Assembly: GCF_963676685.1 (NCBI RefSeq)
Contig: NC_092350.1
Location: 26,846,001 to 26,910,000 of the forward strand
Source of the DNA: Mytilus edulis
Taxonomy: Eukaryota
DNA: 64,000 nt
Reading direction: 5' to 3'
The translations under genes were made by a program, and so were the position numbers. Position 1 is the stretch's first letter. Every line of letters starts with the position of its first letter. Positions 51,633 to 64,000 of the stretch are shown here, piece by piece. The notes below the pieces were generated by a model, which was not told the DNA's origin, did not search any database, and worked only from the letters and a program-made list of their open reading frames with translations.

Positions 51633-54162
51633 ATGGATAGATTCGGTATATGTTCTGATAGGCCCATAGATACTATGAGCACTCGGCTTTCTAGAATTTG
51701 GGCAACTGACGAATTTGCAGATATACAGTTTACATTTGGACGAGGAGTCGACGGAAGGAGCTTACCTGGACATAAAATACTATTGTCCATTAGGAGCAAT
51801 GTATTCAAAGCTATGTTTTATGGACCGATGGCAGAAAAAGTTGATGCAGTTGATATAACAGACATAGAATATGATTGTTTTAGGACAATGCTGCGGTAAG
51901 AACATGTTTACATTTTATCATCTATCGAAGCATCGATGTGCCTCTCTGATCAGACCTGTTTAGTTACGGGTTAAAATTCCTAATAACCAAGATTCACTAT
52001 TCTTATTGATATAATAGTACTAACGTTACTGTTTATATAATATAAACTCATTACAGATACCAGGACTAAATTTAGTATATACGCCAGACGCGCGTTTCGT
52101 CTACAAAAGACTCATCAGTGACGCTCGAATCCAAAAAAGTTAAAAATGCCAAATAAAGTACGAAGTTGAAGAGCATTGAGAACCAAAATTCCTAAAAGTT
52201 TTGCCAAATACAGCTAAGTTAATGATATGGTTGTTTGCACAAGAATAAGTAAAAACAAACCACACAATTCCAAGAAGGACAGAATCCACATGACTTTAAG
52301 GGAAAAGGCGAAAAGACAAACATCAGCCCTAAAAACAACGCAGACTATTAATTTTAGATATTGACCACACCAAATTCGTTAAAACAGGTTTGAACTCAGA
52401 CGCCACTGATCATATTGAAGAATCGGCTGTTATATTTTCATATACTAGTTATTCACTGATTATTAAGAACATTATGTATTTAAACTATAATACAAAAAAG
52501 TGGACAATGATATCAAGGGGACTTTCAAATCTCAAAAGTCTAGAGAACCTGACAATACCATGGCAAAACATGAAAGACGACGAAAAGACAAACAATTTCG
52601 TAAACTCTTCAAAACCTGGAATGGAGTGTTATCTCAGGTGATCCGGCGACTGTCTTGTTTTTCATGGTAATAACAAATGTGGTTAAGTGTGTCATTCTTT
52701 GATATCACAATTAAGGAAAAGAGGACAGTCGTGTATGTGGTCACGACAGTTTGAACACATCCGTGGTAATTTGTGATATATATTTCTTCTACTCTGAAAC
52801 TGCATAGCCAAATTCAACCAAACTTGGCAACAATCATCATTAAGGTGTCTAGTTAAAAAAAGATGTGCTCGGTGACCCCGAATGCAAATCAACTTGACCA
52901 CCACTGCTAAACTAAAAGATACCGCATAGTAAGAACCCTTAGATCTACAGACTATCCATATAAACCTATTGATAATTTGAATTTCTTCTGTTAGAAATAG
53001 AATCAAATTGATTGAGAATGCTTTTCTATATATGTTTTTTAGGGATGTGTATACAGATGATATTATTATAACTGAAGAAAACTCTATTGATCTTCTAAAA
53101 GCTGCACACAAATACGAATTTGAGGGTCTCCTAAGCAAATGTCAAAACTATCTATATCGAGAGACAAATATTGACAACTCTTGTTCAATATATAGTTGGG
53201 GAAGACATTTGGGGCTATCCAGCTTGACAGAAAAAGCTCTCGATTTCATAGTAGACAGCGCTGACGATGTTTTAAAAACAGAAGGTTTTCTCAAACTGAG
53301 TAACGATGATTTGCACACGCTTCTTTCAAGAGAGGACATCTGTGCTTTTGAGGAGGAAATAATAACTGCTGCAATAAAATGGGCAAGGAATAAATGCAAG
53401 CAGGACATGATAGAAACAAATGGACAAACAATGAGACAAGCGTTGGGTCCAGTGATTTACACTTTACGCATACCGTTATTATCTCTTAAAAGATATTCCG
53501 ATATTGTTGTCAAGTCCATGATATTGAGTGAGGAAGAGGAATTAAGTTTATACAAGTATTTCACTATGTCTAAAAAGCGTCTTGCAGATCTTTGTGGATT
53601 TGATAAAAGTTCGAGGAACCGGCTTTCGCTTTTCGTTAAAGCAGAGGACATTCACAAAAAGAGGAAAGTGGAAAACATAGATGACACCATAAAGGCAACA
53701 CGGTTTCTACAGACGTCTAAGTCGACGATCTTTGGTGATACATACACGAACAAGTATCAAAAACAATACAATTATCAAAGAACCAACTACTCACAAAAGA
53801 TTTCATTCTTTTCACCGGAGTCATTTTTCATAAATGCAATTACAATTTCTTTCCCATTTTTGAGTGAAAAGAATAAACCTGTACCAGAAGAGATTCAAAT
53901 ATCCGGTTCTGTTCCAACGTGTAAAATTAGGATACCTGTTAACGAAACAAAACTGTTCGATATGAATAGATATGTTAAAGAGAATGAAGAAATTGAAATA
54001 AATTTCACGCCCTTCATCAAATTTGACAAGCAATTTAAGGAAAACGAATCAAGTGGTTGGAGAGAAGTTAAAATAGGATCAAACAAATCAGTGTTCGTTC
54101 AGGTTGAAGGGAGTTATTCTTTTGTTAGTGCAATAGATATATCTGCCTCGAAGATGAAATAA
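51633..54162 (+). CDS. BTB/POZ-BACK protein (BTBD1/2/3/6-like) with divergent C-terminal domain, 2 exons, 460 aa
   Basis: Exon 1 51633-51895 (ADIQFTF...LPGHKILLSIRSNVFKAMFYGPMAE...ITDIEYDCFRTMLR), phase-2 GT-AG intron, exon 2 53043-54162 (VYTDDI...LLKAAHKYEFEGL...EEEIITAAIKWARNKC...ALGPVIYTLRIP). Confidence 0.9.
52081..52124 (-). ncRNA. Minimal type I hammerhead ribozyme (intact), antisense within the intron of the + strand BTB gene
   Basis: Reverse complement GCGTCA-CTGATGA-GTCT(tttgt)AGAC-GAAA-CGCGCG-TC-TGGCGT, inside a dispersed repeat at ~52053-52222. Confidence 0.82.
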
Positions 54163-56056
54163 ATGGATTAATTATAATTTAAAATTAAATTTTAGTGTAA
54201 TTTTTCGATCAGTGCAGTGCTTTTTCATGTTATTTTCCCATGCAGGTTAATAAGCAAAGAGAATGTGTTGATTTCATCATTCAATAATACGTTTTGAGGG
54301 TATGGGGGTCACTTCGACTCGTTTGACGTAGGGTGTGCAGCTTTGAACCATTGAGTACCAGATCCTTTCCATATATTTTGAAAAGAACAAAAAAGATGCC
54401 ATTTCATATATTTGTAACATTTAGAAACAAACGTGTTCATTCCCCAAACGTGTCAAATTTCCCTAAACGTGTCAAAATTACGTGACTGAATTGCAATATC
54501 TGCATAGGCGCTAAAGGGTGCCTAACGTGTCTTTTTTAGAACTTCAAAACGACACAATTACACCTAGCATGTCCATATACAGCCAATACAAATATGTCTG
54601 CCTGTTCAAAACTAATTAATTGCCATGTTCATATTCCTTCTAAATGTGCATGACATATTTGCAACTGGAATTAATCAAAAAGAGTAAATCTATGTGTGGC
54701 AAATTAAACTTGCAATTATGTTAAATATAAACAACTAGCGTTGAACAAAATAATGATATTATAACGTTTCAACTCTATTTTTTAATTCCGGTAAGGCGCA
54801 TACAAACTTAAACATGTATCTTCTTTGATAGCGACTTTAACTTTTCATAATCTCACCGAAATTCGACATCGTCAATAGTGTCCCCAATTCACAGGCACTT
54901 GTCTTAAGAAAAAATCCTATATATACCTTAAAATATAATACCTTACTCACTATTAAGATATATCGTAGATGGGGCACAAAAACATCTAACAAAAACAAAC
55001 ACAGACCGGACCTGGCAGGGTATTCATACATCGCTAACAACAACAAAAAATACCACATAATACATATATGAGAGTTCCCGCAGTAACAGCTCGTTCAGAT
55101 TCAATAACAACCAATAAAAACAACATCTATGCAGTTGAATATATTTCATGCATATCCGTGACGATAATTTATATATAATGCATCCATTAGGTGGCCATGG
55201 GTTATTCAACGTAGGTTAACCTGAACGAAAAAGAAGTCATTTTAACAACCACTTGAAAGAGGACATGTTGTAGAGCGACAGAAACTTTTCTTTGCAAAAA
55301 TCAATAAACACTGAATCCTGTCAAAGATTGTTCAGACTCGGAAGTTCATTTGAGATGTATGCAATTGAAAACTATCAGTCATTCATTAAGCACAAATGAT
55401 GTAAAGCAGTACGCAAATGCAAACAAAATCGGGAAAGACCAATTTTTTTTTTTCAAAAAGGATAATGCAGATCAAGCAAAAAAGGAAATTGTTCTGGAAG
55501 GACAAAATAATTTTCCACCGAGTCATGCAGGATAGTGTAAACAATTTAAAAATCCACCTAAAACAGTTGAATTTTCTGATTATCTTGAGTAGATATGGGC
55601 ATATATATGTATACAAGGACAGATATTCCTAAAAAAAAAAGCATATATCTCTGACATATTTTTATTTATTAAAAACGCTATTCATCTTAACAATATCAAC
55701 TAGAATGTCCCCTAGAGAAATGCTACGTCCATACGAGTAGTTAATTAATAGACATTGTATTCAGTATGAAAATTAACTTCTATTTCTGTAGGGGTTAAGA
55801 TACAAATCTTGATGCAGGTAAAATCACTTCCACTGAATATATAAATATTAATAACATTGACAATTTATAAATATTTCCAATTTAAATTATCTCTGAGGAG
55901 ACATACATGAAAATATATAGCCATAGGTGATTTTACATTTTCAACATAGAAGATGAAGCGGCCAGAGGTCAGTTCAATGTCCAATGGTCACCTGCTGAGG
56001 TGTAACACACAATGTATGCTTGTTCGGTCTCTAAATAAGATTGTTTTAAAATCATA

Positions 56057-57292
56057 ATGCTTGTATTGTTGTGTTTATTATCATTGTGTTCCGATTCTTA
56101 TATGTATTCTGCAAAAGACATAAAGCAGCTTAAGTATGATATTTTTGAATCCAGACAATACGACTATTCAATTAGACCATCAAAAAACTTTTCTGAACCG
56201 ATAGAAATTTATATTAAATTTTGTGTTCTTGGAATAAATGACATTGATGAAGTTAATCAAAGATTTGTGACCTCTGGCAAACTAGACATCGAATGGAAAG
56301 ACGATTATTTAGATTGGAACATTACTGAATACAATAACATATCGTCTTTATCTGTACAACACTATTCGGTTTGGAGGCCTGATATCGCACTGAACAATGG
56401 TCATTCGTCCACTGGAAATTTACACCTGTCTGAATTTGATATTATTGTTTTCAATACGGGTCTTATCAAATGGACACCTTATAGTATTTTTGAGACACAA
56501 TGTGAAATAAATACTATGTATTTTCCGTTTGATAAACAATTTTGTGAAGTGGAATTTGTCTTGTGGACTGCATCTGCAATCGGATCACGTTTTCGAAAAG
56601 CTGAAGTTGAGGTGTCGACACTACATGTAAGGGGAGAATGGAAGTTTGTCAATGTTGATGCGAGTATTATCAACAACGGTTCGCTTCATAAGACCGTCTT
56701 TAAATTCAACTTACAAAGAAAACCAGGAAAAGTTATTCTAGAATTTGTTTTACCAGCAGTTATCATTTCTCTGATGGATTTAATGACATTTTGTATTCCA
56801 TGTGGAAGCGGAGAGAAAATATCGTTCACCACCACTATTTTCTTGGCATTAGCCGTATACTCAACCGTGCTTACGTCAATGCTTCCTGCAACCTCTTCTA
56901 ACTGCATTCTGGGAATATACCTTAAAGCACAGATGGTCATTGAAGCATGCATTGCGATTGTAGCGGCTTTACAGGTTCGACTATTTCATTGTAAAAACAA
57001 GGATAAGCTTCCAAAATGGATGTTAAGGTTTTGTCAGTGGTCTTTTAATCATAAAAGGAAACGTAAAATTCACGCTTGTGACAAACGAGTATCTATATTG
57101 AGTTTATCGGTATATGAAAACAGGAAAGATAATTCTGGTTGCAAAGAGGAAAACAATAACTCTACTCCACACAATATTAATTTTGAAGACGTTTGCCATC
57201 AAATTGACAGAGTTGCTGGTCTTGTTTTCTTTTGCGTTTCATGTATTACATTCATTGCTTATTGTGTTATGATAGGACTTGGAAATTGGTAG
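56057..57292 (+). CDS. Cys-loop ligand-gated ion channel subunit, divergent non-alpha nicotinic acetylcholine receptor-like, intronless CDS, 411 aa
   Basis: Signal peptide; YDYSIRP; WKDDYLDWN; WRPDIAL; Cys-loop CEINTMYFPFDKQFC (C-x13-C, 56501-56545); four TM helices with GEKISF before M2; no vicinal Cys-Cys in loop C. Confidence 0.93.
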   Translation: MLVLLCLLSLCSDSYMYSAKDIKQLKYDIFESRQYDYSIRPSKNFSEPIEIYIKFCVLGINDIDEVNQRFVTSGKLDIEWKDDYLDWNITEYNNISSLSVQHYSVWRPDIALNNGHSSTGNLHLSEFDIIVFNTGLIKWTPYSIFETQCEINTMYFPFDKQFCEVEFVLWTASAIGSRFRKAEVEVSTLHVRGEWKFVNVDASIINNGSLHKTVFKFNLQRKPGKVILEFVLPAVIISLMDLMTFCIPCGSGEKISFTTTIFLALAVYSTVLTSMLPATSSNCILGIYLKAQMVIEACIAIVAALQVRLFHCKNKDKLPKWMLRFCQWSFNHKRKRKIHACDKRVSILSLSVYENRKDNSGCKEENNNSTPHNINFEDVCHQIDRVAGLVFFCVSCITFIAYCVMIGLGNW

Positions 57293-60200
57293 TTTTAATA
57301 ATATATATGCATTTGCATTATGTTTTCACTTTTTATCGTTTTCATACTGATATTTACATTTTTTTAAAGCGAACATTGATAATAAAATAAAGATAGAAAC
57401 ATAGCAAAATAAGTTAAAAGAAAACAGAATAGAAAATAATGCTCCCGAGTTCATATATTATAGGACTAGGAAATTGTCAATTACAGATAAAAAAAAAAAA
57501 AACATAGCTTTTATTAATAAGTTTTAGAAATTAGTGATTGCTGAAATCAGTGAATCAAAACGATAGCATTATTAATAAAGTATAACATGCACACTAGCGG
57601 AGTAAGTGGTCTTTGTAAACACGATGTAGCACGAAAAAGATTATTACATGAATGGGTGTTTTTACTGCTTATCAGAACATTTTTCAATGAATCCATATTT
57701 GAATCGTCTTTGCTAAAATGGTACAAACATTAATTTAGAAGATTTAGTTTTCCGAGTGTTTACCGATGAAGTAATATTTTGTCACTAGATTTCCCCACAG
57801 CACATATATACGAAATCTTTTGATGATCATTAATTTCGATTGTCAATTCTTACTTTATTTAAATATTACTAATGTGTACAAGTTGGAAAAAAAATGTTTT
57901 CATAACGAGTCGCATGTCAATCAGACTGGTAAAATAACAATTATTGGGAAAAAACCCACAGGAATGTGATAACAAAAAAAGATATACGCACATCAAACAG
58001 TTCCGTTGATTTTATAGAGGTCAAACAATGATATTAACATTTCAGCCGTAAGTTAGGATTCTTCCGACAGTTAACAAACGTTAAACATGTAGTGTCGTCT
58101 GAAGAGCTTGAATTACGATACAACTAAAAGCTCTAGAATTTCTATAAAAGAGAGGCGGAGGATACCAAAGAGATGTTCCTACTCTTCATGCTTTAAGTCG
58201 ATGACAATAGTCACGAAGTTAAGGCGAACACAACACAATAGACATTACTTTAGACAAGCAACAGAGTATACAAAACAAAACATAGAAAAATTATGACTGG
58301 GCAACACGAACCCGACCTAAACCTGGAGGGTTCCCAGGTGGACAGGAAAAGGATTTGAAAATGCACATAAAACATTTAAAAAAACTTTTTATCCAGTAAA
58401 TATTCCCATACCTTCGAGTGAAAATACAAACAGGCCATGTCAATGGGCATCTGGCGTCATACTGTCCAATTCTTGAATTTTCACCAAAACAAAGATTTAG
58501 CTTAAAATGCTCTTCATTGATCATGTTGATTGTTTAGTCATGAATGAAATCCTTTTATGCGGTGTTTGCAATTTTACATGAAAATGCAAGGAGTTTGCAG
58601 TCTGAATTTTAAAACCTAAGAATGTATATAAAAATATAAATACTTATAATCGGTTGTCAGATACTCTAATGTCCTGTGAATATATAAAGCCGGTGTTATA
58701 TTGAAAATTCAACCCGTGGTCAAAATCCCATACGGAAAATTGAAAAAAAAAACACATTTAAAACACCACACTATCCCCTTTTCAGGAGGAAAATTCAACT
58801 CCCAGTATTTCCTTTAAGGTTGCACTTTGTAAATACAGCTGTTTCCCGAACCACGCCTCTTTTGGGGAGACACAATTTAGGACTATTACCAGGATAAAAA
58901 ACATACTATTGGGATGAAAAATGAATTATGAGGTAGACAAAAAATAAAGGTAGGGGTAGTATACAAATTTAGTACAAGTATCAACTTTTAGAAGTTCAGG
59001 GCATATTAATGTTGAAAATATGCCGCACAGCTCTATATTTTGACCTTTGAATAAAATAATAGTGCATACCAACTTTCCATTCTAAGATATAATTTTTTAC
59101 GACACTTCATTGTGAAAGTGTCACAGTTTTAGCGGCAAAGGGAGTTCCTATGGACAATTGCATTGTATATATTTACTGAAATGCAACCTATTTGAATTTA
59201 CATTAGGTTTAGCATATTTACATTATAAAGTAGTTATATACATGTAGCTATGACAATTTGAAAATCTGAGGTCTTTAGGCAGGGTTCAATTTTCATTGAC
59301 CGACTAGAAGCGACATATTAATAATTATTGAAATTGAATAGGTATTAACATAAATTTACATTATGGTCGTTAAAATTTATAAGCAAATCGATGAATTATT
59401 AATAAATTGCTCTATTGAGAATACTGATTTAGGATTTTGCACGTGACCAATTTTCGATGTTTGTGTTTGGTTTGTAGATATATAAAGTTATGATTCATTA
59501 AATGATTTATATACTCCTATGGATATGGCCTGTTATTTATGTCTTGCATGAATTTATATTTATCGCATCACATAACACATACACGAAGTAAGGATAACAA
59601 TGATAAAGTCTATAAATGTAGAATAGATTCTGCATGTTGTAAAAACTATTTTGATATAAAAATTTTTTACTAAATTATAAATTAGAGTAAGTAAAGTGTG
59701 TACATTCCTGTCATGCCTGTCGTATTTTAACATTTTCAGAAGAATAAATTTTTCAGACATGAAGAAATTATTTTAATGATATTTGTTTATAGACGTTTAG
59801 TATATCTTTATATACAAGTCTAAATTGAAAACAACGTTCAAACCTATGATTGCGTTGGATAAAAAACGTGTGCGTGTAACAAATTTCGTTGTAAAAGGGT
59901 CTAAATACAGCACAAACAACATTTTCCAAAAGACATGAAAAAAATATATTTTAACAGAACGCATTTGACTAGCAGGTCGAACATCTGATGTTCTTAAACC
60001 CTGCTGACTGCCATTGGCGATTGCCAAATAAATTGATCACAAGGTGTAACAAAATGGATAGCTATATTAACTTAATACCAAGTAGAAAACAATACACTTG
60101 CGGCAAAGATGGTAAACCACAACATGAGGTGCTAAATTTTTTACACCATATCCGGATTTCGACAACTAATGTCTTTTCAGTGATGTTAGGGATCGAAAAA

Positions 60201-63200
60201 TATATATTTGTTCTTTCCTTGAATTATCTTTCTGACGTGATTTTATGTCCGACGAATAATAATAATAAAAGCCCTAGTTTTGCATTTAAACAGCATTGAT
60301 TTTTTATATGAATTCTTGTTGATACAATGTATTAAATTATATGATGCATCTTGATATATAAGAAGATAACCATCTACTGAACTATTCTGCATTTATAACA
60401 ACACATTTTCATATGCAAATACTAGTAGATAAAGGTAAATTATAGGCATCAGGACTTCATAGGTTATGATGATATTGGTGAAGAAGTAGTTTCCTATAGA
60501 ACAACAAAATCAAGAATTATCATACAAATATTGAGCGTTAAAATACCCACTACCTTGTACTGTGTGTTTCAAGTAACACGTACTCATTGATTCTTTTCAC
60601 TGCAGTATTTATAACAACTGTATGTCTTTATTAAAACACGTTTGGAATGTTATTACAACTCACTTATACAACATAGTTTTGGCATGATAAGTATCATCAA
60701 TGGGAAACCCAAAGCTCTAACAATATGAAACGAAGCATTATGCTGTACTTCACTTTCCGCTTTATAAATTTGGTGACTATATTGACTGCGTCTTTCTCAT
60801 TGAAATTGGAGGTGCCACATGACAGATTAGTATACATCAAATATCAACTAACGTAAGGAAACTGACAATGGGAGTCTGCTGAGAAATTTTACAACAAAAG
60901 AGTTAATTTCAATTTCCAATCGAAAATAGTCCATTTCATTTTAACATCATGATGACCAAACACTAGTAACCCGAATTTAACTTGATCGGACAAACACGTG
61001 TTAACGCTATTTAAATGAGATTGATCGTTATTTGATAAAGATTGACAAAAATTAAAAATTATATTTAATTCATTTCAATTCATATCAATTCATTTTAACG
61101 CCAGTCAAATAGATTTCTCTGCAGTCGATCAATTGAAATCAAGTTAGTGGTTAGTTGCGTCAAACTAATAGGCCACGCCCCTGTTAAGCTATTTCAAACA
61201 TGCATTAATTCGTTTTAAACATGGATGAGACCCGGACTTTTTACAGGTAAATCACTTAAGCGAAACGACCTCGATGTATCTATCGTTTGGGCAGAATCAA
61301 TTTGCGCCAATTGCAGTTTTTTGTTTCAAACTTTAAATGCCTACAGTCTTAGTAAAGTCACGTGTTTCACAATTTAAACAAGCGAATGAATAATAGGGCG
61401 CCCGAATAATACACGTGACATGTTCATATATAAGGAATTAAAATAAAAACATTAAAATATATATGCACACGCGGTTTAAAAATGCAAAACTTGTGAATTT
61501 GTTGAAAATAAAATAGATAGATAATTATATAACATGATTTTAATTTGCTCAAATGCACTAGATCTTTATCGCATATAAACATGCGTTTCAAAAATTGCCA
61601 AGTTCTATGAAAACTCGTGGCATGTAAGTTACGTGTGGTCCTTTGCAACTATTTACAAAACTTTATGTATTCCTGTATATTTACCGTTTCTCTTTTTTCT
61701 TTTTAACTATAATAATTCTTTATTCCGTAAGAAAATTAATATACAGCTCATAGGATCAAATACATACACAAATTATACAGTTTACTATATTGTACTCGTA
61801 TGTAAATGTAGACACGGAAAACTACACAGAAATTATTCATTGTGTACATAATTTAAATCGATGTATTTCATATTTTCGGTATTGACTGTAAAAAGTGCTT
61901 AAGTGCAGTATAAGTAAAATACAGAATTAACTCTATCTTTTTTTATATTTCTTTATTTTAGAGGTAAGCTGCTGGCCAAGTTTCACTTATTCTGTCGAAA
62001 ATCATTAACTTCAATAACCAATCAATTGTATTCTGAAAGAAGTTGATTTGTTCTCTGTACGAATACATGAAATATTTCTCACTGAACATTATGTTTGCAA
62101 TCGATGATCAAATACAAATCTACAGTATTTATATGAAAGAGACTTAATAATATATTTCTTTATTATTATTCTACATATATTTGAAGGATCGAAATAATCA
62201 GTTCTACAAATGGATGTTATTTAAAGACTTGAAATTTTACAATTATCAAGTGCATCCATGAAATTTTTATCGACGCACCAAATTTTTCCCTTTCATCGTG
62301 CATAACGATCTTCTTACTTGTTCGTTGCATTCTAAAATTAAAATCCTACACAAATTGCAAAAACTTTTATTCTCCGGCTAGACTGCGTAAAAGATAAATA
62401 TTGCTTTGTTTGTGTATACACAATGTTTTGAAGGCCGATATCCAGTTTGGCTAAAAAAGAATAAATTTGCGCCACAAGTTAATTACGCGAATTCTTTTTT
62501 TGTTTTGTATCACTTAATCATAAAAACTGCAACATTCATTTGCGCCAATAAAACAATCATTTAATTGTGCAAATATCAGTGTATATAAAGTGCGAATCCA
62601 GCTAGTTCATTTTTACTGTTATATGCGGGTATGTCTATTGTAGAATAAAGGATCATGGGAAAACTGTATTTGTTTACGTTTTGAAAATATCAAGTTAAAG
62701 GATTTTAAGTTACGTTTTAACATATTTTCATTGTGATATGTCTTTATAATATACAAACATAGCATTAAAATTCAAAAAAGTGTTATAAAAGCATCATAAT
62801 ATAGCATATCGATTATTGAAAGCGAGCCATTTTAACTATAGATGCGATGAATTATCACTGTTAGTGCAGTCATTATTAATGTAGAATTTTCAAAGATGCG
62901 AGGAATTTTTATTGTAGAATTATGTGATAAATGCACTTGCAACAAATGAAAAAAAACTTAGTTGATGACTTTAGGATTTATGATACATGTATTTTCAAAT
63001 TGAAATACAAACTCCTCATTCATTCTTCATCAAATATATAGCTTTTCAAACTTGTAACAAAAGCGATTCTCAAAATGTCATATTGTATTCTTCAGATTAC
63101 GTTTCTCCTTGATTTTAACTTATATAGGGAATCACTGGAGCGTGACAGCAGCGGGCCCTCTTAGGCAGTCAGTGGGCCCCTACTAATGAAAAATTCTAGA

Positions 63201-63538
63201 TCCGCGAATGGATACTACCGCAGAGGTAAAACCATACACATATGGGTTATTGTACATGAAATGCATGCTTCAATTCATTTTTGTTGATTATAGACCCTTT
63301 GGAACTCTATGTGGGCTATTTCAGCAACTAGGCAAACAATCCCCAAACTAGATACACGGTTAGATTCAGCATGTCAACGAATTCCAAATATCTATATTAA
63401 AGGACATTTGTCTATAAATTTGGACCCCACAAAATTGAAAAAGGGATCAAAAATATAAAAAAATGCATGCATCGAATACATTTGTTATTGAAGGCATGAC
63501 TGTAACAATAGGATGAATATACAAAAATATCTTATTCT

Positions 63539-63785
63539 GGGGTCTCATTGGGGGGTTCTGATCCCGGATCCCGCATACTGTTCTGGCAGATTCCCGTATT
63601 CCGCTTATTGTTTTGTCAGATTCCCGTATCCCGCTTATACTATGCAGTTCTATTTTTTTTGTGATTATCCGTGTCCCGCTAGACTTCATTTCCAGTTTTT
63701 CACTTCACAATCATTTGACTTTCACCTGTCACGCTTGCAAAAAATCGGCAATCCGGCGTGACGCTTATACCCAAATGCGACCCAC
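63539..63785. mobile_element. MITE-like element with internal ~30-bp tandem motifs
   Basis: Imperfect TIRs GGGGTCTCATTGGG / CCCAAATGCGACCC; internal repeats of TTCCCGTAT(T/C)CCGCTTAT. Confidence 0.45.
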
Positions 63786-64000
63786 TATTTTAGTTTTTTA
63801 CTCTATTTTGACTCATATTAAGCCCATTATAAATATAGTAAAAAAGTAGCGTGGATTTTTGTGTCCCTTTTTATCCCGTCTCGTTTCGTTTTTGAGCCAT
63901 ATATAGATGTCGTATGTGACAATGAAACAACTCTCCATCCGATTCACAATTTATAAAAGTAGACCATTATACGTCAAAATACTGTCTTCAACATGGAGTC

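Overview
AT-rich, intron-containing eukaryotic DNA. The gene families and repeat types suggest a bivalve mollusc, probably a mussel (Mytilus-like); this is an inference. Seven protein-coding genes were reconstructed by hand from GT-AG junctions and phase continuity: an intronless Toll-like receptor (-); two paralogous 7-exon RDH11/12/13-type short-chain dehydrogenases (+); between them, a spliced HEPN(DZIP3-like)-nSTAND3 NTPase-ankyrin gene (-) of NLR/Avs-like architecture whose HEPN RNase motif appears lost; a head-to-head pair of 2-exon BTB-BACK genes with ATGs only 155 bp apart; and an intronless non-alpha nAChR-like Cys-loop subunit (+). Intergenic and intronic DNA is packed with repeats: Helentron-type HINEs with internal tandem units, a non-autonomous Helitron, MITEs, and a Penelope-like RT relic. 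A dispersed repeat carries minimal type I hammerhead ribozymes (5 copies plus one covarying variant; one intact copy is on the sense strand of an RDH intron). A 100-N gap is flanked by a probably artefactual ~670-bp duplication next to a near-perfect 86-bp palindrome.
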